Under the pieces are notes generated by a model that was given only the letters and a program-made list of their open reading frames with translations, was not told the DNA's origin and ran no database searches. Source: Thermodesulfobacteriota bacterium (GTDB taxonomy: Bacteria; Desulfobacterota; WTBG01; JAGOGO01). From it: a DNA stretch of 64,000 bases. A program made the translations under genes and the position numbers. Below are positions 21,771 through 31,619 of this stretch, piece after piece (the first letter of the stretch is position 1; every line of letters begins with the position of its first letter). Where the stretch lies: NCBI GenBank assembly GCA_026625185.1, contig CP113000.1, positions 855,161 to 919,160 on the forward strand, given 5' to 3'.

Positions 21771-24196
21771 CAGGAAATCCTCACGTCAAGATAATTGCCC
21801 AAAGCACTGAAGGCTTCCAGCCATTGTTTCGCCTCATTTTGTCCTTTTTGAGCTTTTTGGCTTATGGGCTCCAGCATATTTTTCCCAATGATAAAATAAA
21901 TATTTTGGGCTTTCCATAAAGTCAAGGGTAGCTCAAGCTGGTTTACAATTTTTAATAAATGGATCACACTTCCCAGTAATTCCATCTGGAACGGAGAAGC
22001 AGCCAGTTTTTCCATGGAGGCATTAATTTTTTGACTGATGATCAAACTGAGCCGGGAAACATCAATTTCTAGAGACCACCGCTTTACCTCTTCTACCAGT
22101 TTTTGAAGGCGTTCCCGATCAGGATTTTCTGCTTCGATTTCCTGATTAATATCGAGATTGACCACAAAGTCCAGAACCCCTTTAAAATAACGGGGGAGGG
22201 AAATATTAAGCCCTTCGACCGCCTGCATCATCGGATAATGGTGTTCGTAGAGCTGCCGGAAAGAACTTTCAACGTCCTTGAGGGCAAGAGCAAAAAGCTG
22301 GTTCAAAATTTCCCTTTGTTCATCTTTGAAAAGGTGCCATAAGGAATAACTATGGTTTTTAAAGTGCTTGTCAATTAACAAGATCACCTCAGAAATTTCA
22401 CCCTTAGAAAAACTTTCTTTTATCTCCAGGTGCATCTCTGAAAACGCCTCGTCTCCCATAAACTCCCGTGCTCCGCTGATAAGATTTTGATCTCCCAGGT
22501 GGAGCCCCGCAAAACTTATGGTATACTCTTCCCGGGTTATGGACGACTGCAAAAATGATTTTCCGATTGCCAATTTTTGTTTCCCGAGTTCCATTTTTTC
22601 AAAAAATTGTCTTTGCGTTTGGTAGGTGTAAATATTTATGGATTCGGGGTAGTCTCTGAACAAGGAAGAAACCGCAAAATGGACGCCTGCTCTTAAAAGG
22701 TCAAGAACCGCTGGCTTAACCAAGAGTTCGTAAACCTTGCCCCCATGTTTAAAATTTTTTAAATTACTTGGGGCTTTTTCGAGAAGGCTTTGATAAACTT
22801 CTTCGAGAGAAATTTGACTGAGCTCTTTTGCCAGTTGGAGTGCCCGCGCGGCATAACAAAGTGTTTGGGCGGTTTCTATGCCCGAAATTTCGTCAAAAAA
22901 CCATCCACAGCTGGTATACATAAGCATGGCATGGCGCGCCATCTCCAAGAGTTTTAGAACCCGAATCTTTTCTTCGTGGGACAAAGGTTGCTTCGCATGC
23001 TCCTGCAAAAAAAGGCCGATAGTTTCGTTTGACCTGTCCAGAATAACCGCAATGTAATGATCACGAAGCTTCCAAGGATCGTGAACAAGCGGCTCTAAAA
23101 ATTCTTCATAGATGGGAACAAGATTATCTTTTAGCCAATCCATTGCTCCGCGCAAAGGCGCGCGCCACTGTTGATTCCATTTGGGATGCATCCCAGAATT
23201 GCATCCGCAATCGTTCTGCCATCGCGCGACACCATGGATACAGCTCCAGGAGGAGTTTTCAAAAATTTTTACTTCCTGGGCAGGCGGGTATTTTTCTAAA
23301 TATTCCCCATAAACTGTAAGGTGAGCAAGGTTTTTTAATTCTATAAAATAAAGAGCGTATGCTAGCGCCATATCTCCATAGCGGTGATGATGTCCATAGG
23401 TCTCTCCATCAGTTGCAATGTGGACCAATTGAGGCCCATTGTCGTCGCGGTTGAAAGTGGAGAGCAATCGGTGCGCAAAGTGTTCACCATTTTCTAAAAG
23501 GTTTGAAAAAGCAAGTTCCTGGGAAATCGGACCATCATAAAAAAATATAGCTATTGTTTTGCCTGAAGGAAGGTAACAACAATATGGTTTCTTAGGGTCT
23601 ATCCGTCCTCCGTCTACATTTTGCCATTCCCTTCCTTTTATTGGTTTTACCCGCTGGGCTTGCCGAGGAGCAAGGATAGTAAATTTTATTTCTTGTTCGG
23701 CCAATATTTCCAGGGTTTCTAAGTCAACCGCAGTTTCGGGAAGCCACATTCCTTCCGGTTTTCTTTTAAACCGATGCTCGAAATCCTTTATCCCCCAGAT
23801 CACTTGAGTCTGTTTATCCCGGCGATTAGCCAACGGCATAATAAGATGGTTATAAGCCTGAGCAAGCGCAGAACCATGGCCGGAAAAAATTTCTTGACTT
23901 TTTTTATCTGCCTCCAGTATGGCGTTGTAAACTTCTGCGTTGTGTTTTTCCAGCCACGAAAGCAACGTGGGGCCGAAATTAAAACTTATTTTGGAAAAAT
24001 TATTGACGATATCGATTATTTTTCGATCCGGGTCAAGTATGCGGGAGGCAGTATTAGGAGCATAACATTCCGCGGTAATCCGGCTGTTCCAATCGTGATA
24101 AGGATACGCCGAGTCTTGAAGCTCAATTTCTTCTAACCAAGGATTTTCTCTCGGTGGCTGATAAAAATGACCATGAATACAGATAAACCTATTCAT
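21770..24196 (-). CDS. Glycoside hydrolase family 57 protein (4-alpha-glucanotransferase/branching-type) with a C-terminal DUF3536-like region
   Basis: The product carries the HGHFYQPPREN GH57 signature. Confidence 0.85.
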   Translation of the reverse strand: MNRFICIHGHFYQPPRENPWLEEIELQDSAYPYHDWNSRITAECYAPNTASRILDPDRKIIDIVNNFSKISFNFGPTLLSWLEKHNAEVYNAILEADKKSQEIFSGHGSALAQAYNHLIMPLANRRDKQTQVIWGIKDFEHRFKRKPEGMWLPETAVDLETLEILAEQEIKFTILAPRQAQRVKPIKGREWQNVDGGRIDPKKPYCCYLPSGKTIAIFFYDGPISQELAFSNLLENGEHFAHRLLSTFNRDDNGPQLVHIATDGETYGHHHRYGDMALAYALYFIELKNLAHLTVYGEYLEKYPPAQEVKIFENSSWSCIHGVARWQNDCGCNSGMHPKWNQQWRAPLRGAMDWLKDNLVPIYEEFLEPLVHDPWKLRDHYIAVILDRSNETIGLFLQEHAKQPLSHEEKIRVLKLLEMARHAMLMYTSCGWFFDEISGIETAQTLCYAARALQLAKELSQISLEEVYQSLLEKAPSNLKNFKHGGKVYELLVKPAVLDLLRAGVHFAVSSLFRDYPESINIYTYQTQRQFFEKMELGKQKLAIGKSFLQSSITREEYTISFAGLHLGDQNLISGAREFMGDEAFSEMHLEIKESFSKGEISEVILLIDKHFKNHSYSLWHLFKDEQREILNQLFALALKDVESSFRQLYEHHYPMMQAVEGLNISLPRYFKGVLDFVVNLDINQEIEAENPDRERLQKLVEEVKRWSLEIDVSRLSLIISQKINASMEKLAASPFQMELLGSVIHLLKIVNQLELPLTLWKAQNIYFIIGKNMLEPISQKAQKGQNEAKQWLEAFSALGNYLDVRIS

Positions 24197-26034
24197 GCTT
24201 TAACCTCCTTGAGATACAATGCAAAACTAAAGGGTTCAAAGGTCAGCGTTGTTTTTTGGGAAATCGTTTCCGGAAGCGGGGAACCGGTGCCGAGCCACCT
24301 ATGCTCCGAGGAATCGAGCAGTTTAATCCATGTGCCCTCAGGAATATCGAGTACTATAGACGATTTTTGCTCATTGAAATTCAAGAGACCCCATATATTA
24401 CTATCCCTTTGCCACCGATGGACAAAAAGAACTTTTTTATTTTCCCCGGTTGATATGTTGAAACAATTTTTATCGCTCATATGAAGCGCCGGTATTTTTT
24501 TTCGGAGAGCAATGAGCTGCTGATAAAAATTGAGTAAAACGTGATTTTTTTTTTCGATGCGCTTTTCCCATTTTAATTTTGAGCCGAGAAAGGTTTCCAT
24601 AGATTGAGGGTCAGGTGGTTCTTGGTCCCAGGAAAATGATTGAAATTCTTTTTTTCTTCCTTCTCGTACCGCCTTAATGAGTTCAGGATCAGAATGGCTA
24701 ACAAAATAAAGGAAGGGCGCATCTTCTCCATACTCTTCCCCCATAAACAACAGGGGAATGTAGGGAGAAACAAATACTGCTCCGGCGGCCAATTTTAAGC
24801 GCTCAAAGTCGACCAAAGTGGAAAGCCGCTCCCCAAACTTTCTGTTCCCAACCTGATCATGATTTTGGGAAAACACAATAAATTGTTGAGCCGACAACCC
24901 CGCTGGTGATGCTCCATGTCTTCGTTTTCTATAGGATGAATACGTGCCGGATATAACAAACCCTTCTTCAAAAGATTTTTTAAAATCCGCAATCGTTCCA
25001 AAATCTGCATAATAGCCTTCTTTTTCTCCGGTAAGCAGGGTATGTAGGGAATGGTGAAAGTCATCACACCATTGCGCGTCAATCCCGTATCCGCCTTTGT
25101 CTCTCGGCCGAACAATACGCGGGTCATTGAGATCGCTTTCAGCGATCAGGTAATAATTTCTTCCCTGGTGGCGGGAAAATTCTTCAACTTCCTCGGAAAG
25201 CTCTTCTAAAATATGCTTTGCCCCCCGAACATAGATTCCGTGAACCGCATCAAGTCTCAACCCATCAAGGTGAAAAAACTTAAACCAGTAGAGTGCATTT
25301 TGAATAAAAAAACTTCTTACTTCGTCACTGTAAGCGCCATCAAAATTAATCGCCCTTCCCCAAGGAGTTTTATAGTGATCGGTAAAATAAGGACCAAATT
25401 CCTGAAGGTAATTACCCTCAGGCCCCAGGTGGTTATACACCACATCAAGAATAACCGCGATACCCTGTTTGTGGCAAGCGTTGACAAGGTTTTTTAAGGC
25501 ATCAGGGCCACCATAAGAATTTTGAACCGCAAAAAGATACGTACCATCATAGCCCCAATTGCGATCTCCGGGAAATTGGGCTACCGGCATTATTTCTATA
25601 GTGTTTATTCCCAAAGATCGCAAATCTTGAAGCCGCGGTATAATAGCTTCAAAAGTCCCGGAAGAAGTAAAAGCGCCCACATGAAGCTCATAGATAATCA
25701 TCGCTGATAAAGGGATACCTTCCCATAAGTGGTCTCCCCATGAGTACCTGGTGTGGTCAACCACAACGGAAGGTCCATGAACTCCGTCCGGCTGAAAAAA
25801 AGACGCGGGATCCGGCCGCTGGCGAGTGTTTTCCAGAAGATAAAAATACTTACTGGAAGGATGAACATTTTCTACCAAAATGTGCCAGTAACCATCCTCA
25901 CCTTTTTCCATTGCCATCCTCCGGCAATCCGGAAAAATTATATCTAATGCAACGGCTTGTAAACAAGGTGCCCAGACAGTAAATTCACAATTCCCCTTTG
26001 GAAAATATTTAGCTCCTATTTTCATGTGATGCAC
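24193..26034 (-). CDS. treZ: Malto-oligosyltrehalose trehalohydrolase (GH13)
   Basis: The product has the TreZ-type E-set N-domain and GH13 catalytic motifs. Confidence 0.9.
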   Translation of the reverse strand: MHHMKIGAKYFPKGNCEFTVWAPCLQAVALDIIFPDCRRMAMEKGEDGYWHILVENVHPSSKYFYLLENTRQRPDPASFFQPDGVHGPSVVVDHTRYSWGDHLWEGIPLSAMIIYELHVGAFTSSGTFEAIIPRLQDLRSLGINTIEIMPVAQFPGDRNWGYDGTYLFAVQNSYGGPDALKNLVNACHKQGIAVILDVVYNHLGPEGNYLQEFGPYFTDHYKTPWGRAINFDGAYSDEVRSFFIQNALYWFKFFHLDGLRLDAVHGIYVRGAKHILEELSEEVEEFSRHQGRNYYLIAESDLNDPRIVRPRDKGGYGIDAQWCDDFHHSLHTLLTGEKEGYYADFGTIADFKKSFEEGFVISGTYSSYRKRRHGASPAGLSAQQFIVFSQNHDQVGNRKFGERLSTLVDFERLKLAAGAVFVSPYIPLLFMGEEYGEDAPFLYFVSHSDPELIKAVREGRKKEFQSFSWDQEPPDPQSMETFLGSKLKWEKRIEKKNHVLLNFYQQLIALRKKIPALHMSDKNCFNISTGENKKVLFVHRWQRDSNIWGLLNFNEQKSSIVLDIPEGTWIKLLDSSEHRWLGTGSPLPETISQKTTLTFEPFSFALYLKEVKA

Positions 26035-26147
26035 TAAAATAAAGTCTGTTAAATGTTAAGCAAAAAAATCTTCCTTCCAACCGCAGAAAGAAATTTTTGA
26101 TTGTCTACCATTCCAAACCGGTGATTGTTATTTTAAGTTTTTCCCAA

Positions 26148-26636
26148 TTATTTTTGTGGCTCGTTCACTTCATGTGAAAACATTAGTTTCGGAGGAAATT
26201 CTTGGGCTTTTAGAATTTTCACCAGTTGACTTAGTACTTCCCCGATGGTTCTCTGTTCCTCTGAGGGAAGCGCTTCCAATCCTGCTACCAATAAACCTTG
26301 AGCAACTTCCGGTGCTTGTGAGATCAGTTCTTCCCCTTGCGGGGTAAGACTCACCCAAACTACCCGGCGATCATTGCGTGAGCGTACTCTCGATACCAAC
26401 CCTTTGGCCTCGAGTCGGTCGATAATTCCAACCACCGTAGCCGGATGGAGATACATGCGGCGGGCCAGATCAGACACCTTGATAGAAGAAAACTCGGCAA
26501 CAACTTTTATAGTCCAAAGCTGGGGACCGGTTAGTCCAGTCTGTGCTTTTACTTTTTTAGAATATTCATTTACCGCCTGAAAGACCCTCCTGAGGCTGTC
26601 AATGATTTCAGAAATTTGCTGAGAATTTTTGACCAT
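26148..26636 (-). CDS. MarR family transcriptional regulator
   Basis: The 162-aa product has a winged-HTH pattern. Confidence 0.8.
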   Translation of the reverse strand: MVKNSQQISEIIDSLRRVFQAVNEYSKKVKAQTGLTGPQLWTIKVVAEFSSIKVSDLARRMYLHPATVVGIIDRLEAKGLVSRVRSRNDRRVVWVSLTPQGEELISQAPEVAQGLLVAGLEALPSEEQRTIGEVLSQLVKILKAQEFPPKLMFSHEVNEPQK

Positions 26637-26959
26637 TTTTTTTCTCTTTCTGACTAAAATAGTAGTAACTACAGCTTAATTAATTTGTATACAAATAATT
26701 TGTGCTCAAGTCAATGTTTTTTTGGTTTTTTTAGCATAAAGAATTTAAACCATAAAATCTTTGCGGGGATGAGGTTTGACCTGGAGAGATGCTTATGGTA
26801 ATTTTATAAAAATTTCTTGGGATTAAGGAAAAGTATGGTAGTTAATTTTATCACGATTTAAAAATGCTTTAAAAACTTTCGCTGTTTAATAAGGTGCTTT
26901 TTTGCCAAGAGTGTCCGAGAAATTTTTTATAAATTAAATGCCCCTATTAAGGAAGCCTT

Positions 26960-28174
26960 ATGACCGGAATTAGTACACCGAGTATTTTTATTTTTATTGC
27001 CGGGTTTGCGCTCGGTTTGATAGCAGCTTTGATTTTGCGGCTGATCCAAGCAAAAACCGCCAAGGAGCTGGCAACCGAGCTTTTCCAGGAAAGTGAATCG
27101 AAACGAAAATCAGAGATCGAAGCAGTGCTCGAAAATATGAAGGCAAGTTTTGGGAGCCTGTCGCTTGACGCTCTATCAAAATCAACCGAAGAGTTTCTTA
27201 AATTGGCCAAAGCCAAACTGGAATCTGAACGAGAGGTAGGGGTAAAGGAACTGGACGCAAAGAAGGTCCTGATTGACCAGCAACTTCAGCGCATGGGAGC
27301 TGAATTAGACAACGTCGCTCACCTCATGCAAGAATTGGAAAAGGATCGAATAGAAAAATTCGGTGCCTTAGCAAGTCAACTCAAGACCGCAGGCGAACAG
27401 ACCGCAGCATTGGCGCAGGTGACCACTACCATTAAGGAAGCTTTAGCGAGCACCAAAGCCCGCGGTCAGTGGGGAGAACGGATGGCTGAGGACGTACTGA
27501 AACTGGCGGGCTTTGTGGAAAAAATTAATTACCTAAAGCAAAAATCCCTGGAAGGCACCACCAGCCGGCCCGATTTCACCTTCCTCTTGCCGAATAACCT
27601 TAAGCTCAATATGGACGTTAAATTCCCTCTGGACAACTACCTCAAATATCTGGAGACACAGTCCGAGGTCGATAAAGCCAAATACCGCACGGCCTTTCTA
27701 AATAACGCAAAAGCCCGCATCAAGGAGGTAACTACCCGGGAATATATTAATCCGGACGAAAATACGGTTGACTGTGTGCTTTTGTTTATTCCCAATGAAC
27801 AAGTTTATGCTTTTATTCATGAACAGGATAGTTCAATTTTGGAAAACGGGATTAAGAATAAGGTGGTGTTCTGTTCGCCCATCACTCTTTTTGCGGTATT
27901 AGCGGTGATTCGGCAGGCAGTTGAACATTTTGCATTAGAAAAAACTTCCCGTGAGATCCTCTCATTATTGGGAGGATTTAAAAAACAGTGGGATGAATTT
28001 ACCAATAAATTTGAAATCCTGGGCAAACGGATTGAGGATGTCCAAAAAGAATACGCCGCGCTCATTACTACCCGAAGGCATCAATTAGAAAAACCCTTAA
28101 ACAAAATTGAGCTACTGAGAACTCAATGGGGCTTGACCGGTCCTTCTGAAGGAGACCGGGACGCTGAGGTCTAA
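26960..28174 (+). CDS. rmuC: DNA recombination protein RmuC
   Basis: The product has an N-terminal TM helix, coiled-coil and a RmuC C-terminal domain. Confidence 0.85.
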   Translation: MTGISTPSIFIFIAGFALGLIAALILRLIQAKTAKELATELFQESESKRKSEIEAVLENMKASFGSLSLDALSKSTEEFLKLAKAKLESEREVGVKELDAKKVLIDQQLQRMGAELDNVAHLMQELEKDRIEKFGALASQLKTAGEQTAALAQVTTTIKEALASTKARGQWGERMAEDVLKLAGFVEKINYLKQKSLEGTTSRPDFTFLLPNNLKLNMDVKFPLDNYLKYLETQSEVDKAKYRTAFLNNAKARIKEVTTREYINPDENTVDCVLLFIPNEQVYAFIHEQDSSILENGIKNKVVFCSPITLFAVLAVIRQAVEHFALEKTSREILSLLGGFKKQWDEFTNKFEILGKRIEDVQKEYAALITTRRHQLEKPLNKIELLRTQWGLTGPSEGDRDAEV

Positions 28175-28515
28175 AGCCCTTCAGGATTTTAAATCAGCAC
28201 GGCAACGTCACCGAGATTCTTAGTGTCGGCAATGATATAACTGAGCGCAAGCAGGCTGAAGAGGAAAGAAAAATTCTCATCCAGGAACTGCAGCAAACCC
28301 TCAAAGAACTTCAGGCACCCTTTGCCAAGGTTAAAACTTTGAGCGGATTGTTGCCCATTTGTGCCTCCTGTAAAAAGATTCGCGATGATAGCGGGTACTG
28401 GAAACAAATTGAAGCTTACATCAGAGAATATTCTGATGCTACCTTTACCCACGGCATCTGCCCGGAGTGTGTGAAAAATCTTTATCCCGGTTTGGTGATT
28501 GACGATGAAGAATAA
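28168..28515 (+). pseudogene. Orphan 3' fragment of a PAS-domain sensor gene (end of the PAS domain plus a Cys-rich C-terminal domain), with no start codon
   Basis: The reading frame is open from the stop at 28165-28167. It encodes ...GNVTEILSVGNDITERKQAEEERKIL...LPICASCKKIRDDSGYWKQIEAYIREYSDATFTHGICPECVKNLY. There is no ATG or GTG upstream. Confidence 0.5.
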
Positions 28516-31345
28516 AAGCTTAATGAGACGGGTTCTGCAAGGGAGTCTCCGCCTTTTTATTTTTCTTTTTATCTTTCTTTTTATCGGTATTATCATTTTA
28601 TATTTTTTTCTCCCCCCTTTTTTGTCTTCAGACCGTGCTCGCGAGAACGCCTCGCTCTATTTGGCCAAGGTATGTAATAGGCCGGTGATGATAGACCATC
28701 TCGCCTTCTCCTGGAAAGATGGGTTTTTTATCTCCCAGCTGAGCATCACCAATCGCGACCGGACACCTTTCCTAGTGCTCCATTCGGTTGAACTCCTGCC
28801 TGGCTGGCAATCCCTATTAGCAACTAAATTAAAGGCTGCCTCTTTAACAATCAAAGGAATAGAGCTGACCATCAGGAGAGATCAAAACGGAAAAATAATG
28901 AACGGTAATACCGTTACCTTGGCAAAGCAAAACATCGAATCTACGTATACTGAATTTCCTGCCCTCCTAATAAATCATTTCTTTCGCCTTTTTCCGAAGA
29001 AACATCGTGGACTTAGTTATAAAAACGTGCTTTCACTTTTTCGTGAAGTCCATGTCACAGAAGGTGTTTTTTCCTTTATTGATCAGCGTCTTAATACAAC
29101 TACTCAGATAAAAGATTTTTCTGCTGACTTAAATATTGGTTCCCTTGCTAAACCAATAAAGTTTCTTTTGCAAGGCACGGTCTTACTTAACAACAATCCC
29201 CCGGAGCCATTAAGAATAAATGGTTCAGCCATCCTCTTTTCCAAAGAAAAAATAAACCTCCCTAAGGCTCGAGGGACGCTCACCATGGAAGCAGGCTTTG
29301 GCCATGTGGAAGGATTTTTTGACTTAGACAAATTTAACACCTCCTCCTTTGAGGCAACCGGGGGGCGCCTGGTCTGTTCTCTTGACTTAGAAAAGCTATC
29401 TCAATTTTTGGCGGGGATTCTGGGTTTATCTCCGGGGTATTCATGGAAAGGCAACCTTCAGTCATCCTTAGAAGCCCGGGGAAATTTTGATTCCCCTATT
29501 GCAATAACGGGTTCAACCCAGCTGACCAATGTGTCCATAACCGGAGAGCCTTTCCAACCGGCCCCCTTTGAGCAACCTCGCATTGATTCCACTCAGGAGG
29601 TTTTATTAAACTTTTCTACCCACGAGATTAAGGTTAAACTTTTTGATCTCAAAAGTGATTTTCTTAGGCTTTCTCTTTCCGGAACAATCAACAATTTTCA
29701 AAAAGTCCCTTATAGCAACCTCACGCTCTCAGGAACCGGGCGCCTCCATGAGATTGCCCCCCTTCTGAGGATTTTTTTTCATCTTCCTCCTGCTCTTAAC
29801 CTCTCCGGCATAACCCGGCTATCTCTCTCGGGAACCGGATCCGCAAAAAAGTTTAATCTTAAAGGAGCTTCCGTTGTTAGAGGTTTGGCCGTTGAACACC
29901 CCGCTCTCAACGGGCGGCCTTTTCAGGAAGAAACCCTGCGGATTTCTCCCGATCTCTTGTACAATTTTAAAAAAAATCAGCTTACGGTAACATCCTTACT
30001 CCTTCGGGGGAAATCCCTGGCGGGTGAGATTAGGGGTACTGTGGATAGAAACCGTGATCTCGACCTAGAAGGCAGTCTTTCATTAAAGTTTGCTGAGCTA
30101 AAAAAACAACTTCGCGATGTGCTTCCTCGAGCTTTTCCAAATGAAGGATCCTCATCGTCTCACTTCATCATTAAGGGCAATCTAAAAACCTCTCTCGTTA
30201 TAAAGGGAGAGCACGATCTTCCTTTGCTTCCCAAATTTAAAGTCACTCATGACCTGCTTTACTTTCCCGAGCAAAGAACTCTTACCTTCACCACGCTCGC
30301 GGCTCAATCTCCTTATTTAAGTTTTGAGGGCCAAGGAACAATTACGCAGATTTCACAAAATCCGGTTGCAAAATGCGAAGGAAAACTTTTGCTTGCCTTA
30401 GAAGAAGCGCAAAAGGCATGGAAGGATTTTCTTCCCAAAAAAATGATTCTTCAAGGCAAAGGGAGTTTAACCTTTACTGCTGAGGGAAAGTTAAAACCTG
30501 TTGAAAACAAACCAGTCCTTTCTTCGTGGATTGGAAATGGCACCGTATTTTTAGATGCTATGAGCTGCCAGGGTCTCGGCACCATCCAAAATCTTAAAAG
30601 TACCGGGTTTACGCTCGATAAAAACATTCTTCGTTTGTCATTGGAAGGCCTGTTGAATAGAGGCCCCTCAGCAGTTCAATGCGTTATCGATTTCAGACAA
30701 AGTCGGCCGGTAATAAAATTAAACGGACAAGGAAAAGACATTGAGCTATCCGAAGACCAAACCATGTTGGATTATGTTATTCCGATCCGCTCCCGCTCTC
30801 GACAGCTAACCGGAAAAGGATTTTTTTCTTTCCAAACATCCTGGCAAGGATTCGATTGGGAACAAGAGATAAGCAGGAGCATCGTGGGAACCGGAAAAAT
30901 AAGTTTAGAGGATGGAAGCGTTGAAACCGAAGGCGTCTTAAGCGAGATACTGACTGTTTTGGGAAAATCTGAGTCGATTCAGTTTGACCAGGTTCAGAGT
31001 CCTTTCCGCCTTGGGGAAGGGAAAATTTATGATAACACTATCCAGGTAAACGGGCCCGATATCGAGATAACGTTTCAAGGCTGGACGTCCCTTATTTACG
31101 ATCCTGAAAAAAAGGGGAACCCAATTAGGTATGCGGTAACCGGAGCTTCTTTTAAAAATTTTCCGGGCAAAGATGCGCAAAAAATTTTACCTTTTCTTAG
31201 CGGAGAAAATGGCGCCATCCCGATTTACATTAAAGGTACCGTACAAAAGCCGAAAGTATCCGTAAAATTTCGCAAGGCAAAAAAATTTTTTAAAGATTTT
31301 TTTAACCCCTCTAAAAATTCTTTCCATGATCTTGAGGGAGCGTGA
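28499..31345 (+). CDS. AsmA family outer-membrane biogenesis protein
   Basis: The 948-aa product has an N-terminal TM anchor and an AsmA-like N-domain, and is repetitive and beta-rich. Confidence 0.6.
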   Translation: MTMKNKSLMRRVLQGSLRLFIFLFIFLFIGIIILYFFLPPFLSSDRARENASLYLAKVCNRPVMIDHLAFSWKDGFFISQLSITNRDRTPFLVLHSVELLPGWQSLLATKLKAASLTIKGIELTIRRDQNGKIMNGNTVTLAKQNIESTYTEFPALLINHFFRLFPKKHRGLSYKNVLSLFREVHVTEGVFSFIDQRLNTTTQIKDFSADLNIGSLAKPIKFLLQGTVLLNNNPPEPLRINGSAILFSKEKINLPKARGTLTMEAGFGHVEGFFDLDKFNTSSFEATGGRLVCSLDLEKLSQFLAGILGLSPGYSWKGNLQSSLEARGNFDSPIAITGSTQLTNVSITGEPFQPAPFEQPRIDSTQEVLLNFSTHEIKVKLFDLKSDFLRLSLSGTINNFQKVPYSNLTLSGTGRLHEIAPLLRIFFHLPPALNLSGITRLSLSGTGSAKKFNLKGASVVRGLAVEHPALNGRPFQEETLRISPDLLYNFKKNQLTVTSLLLRGKSLAGEIRGTVDRNRDLDLEGSLSLKFAELKKQLRDVLPRAFPNEGSSSSHFIIKGNLKTSLVIKGEHDLPLLPKFKVTHDLLYFPEQRTLTFTTLAAQSPYLSFEGQGTITQISQNPVAKCEGKLLLALEEAQKAWKDFLPKKMILQGKGSLTFTAEGKLKPVENKPVLSSWIGNGTVFLDAMSCQGLGTIQNLKSTGFTLDKNILRLSLEGLLNRGPSAVQCVIDFRQSRPVIKLNGQGKDIELSEDQTMLDYVIPIRSRSRQLTGKGFFSFQTSWQGFDWEQEISRSIVGTGKISLEDGSVETEGVLSEILTVLGKSESIQFDQVQSPFRLGEGKIYDNTIQVNGPDIEITFQGWTSLIYDPEKKGNPIRYAVTGASFKNFPGKDAQKILPFLSGENGAIPIYIKGTVQKPKVSVKFRKAKKFFKDFFNPSKNSFHDLEGA

Positions 31346-31416
31346 AGCTCCGCAAAAGTTGCTTTTTTTGTGCCAATTTAATATATTACAAAAAGGGTCC
31401 TAAATCACAACAAAAT

Positions 31417-31486
31417 GCGTCATTCCCGTCCCCACCTTCGCGGGGATAAACTCCAGCGGGAATGCAGAAAAATACCGGATTCCGGT
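31417..31486. repeat. Degenerate REP-like palindromic element (GTCATTCCCG...CGGGAATGCAG plus ACCGGATTCCGGT)
   Basis: It lies in an intergenic region and has the same arm sequence as the REPIN doublets at 43.6 and 45.3 kb. Confidence 0.4.
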
Positions 31487-31619
31487 TCAAGCCTGAAATG
31501 ACAATATGCATATTTCATTGGGTATAGCAGGCTGTTAGAAAACCCCCTGATCCCTCTTTCGAAAAACGGGGGCTAAGGGTATTTAACAACGATGTTTTAT
31601 GCACAGGAGGTATTTCTAG

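Noticed and set aside
28189-28596. 135-aa minus-strand ORF
   Set aside because: It is antisense to the PAS C-terminal coding fragment and the AsmA start. The plus strand carries the recognisable homology, the product is low complexity (KRKIKRKIKRRR) and there is no ribosome-binding site.
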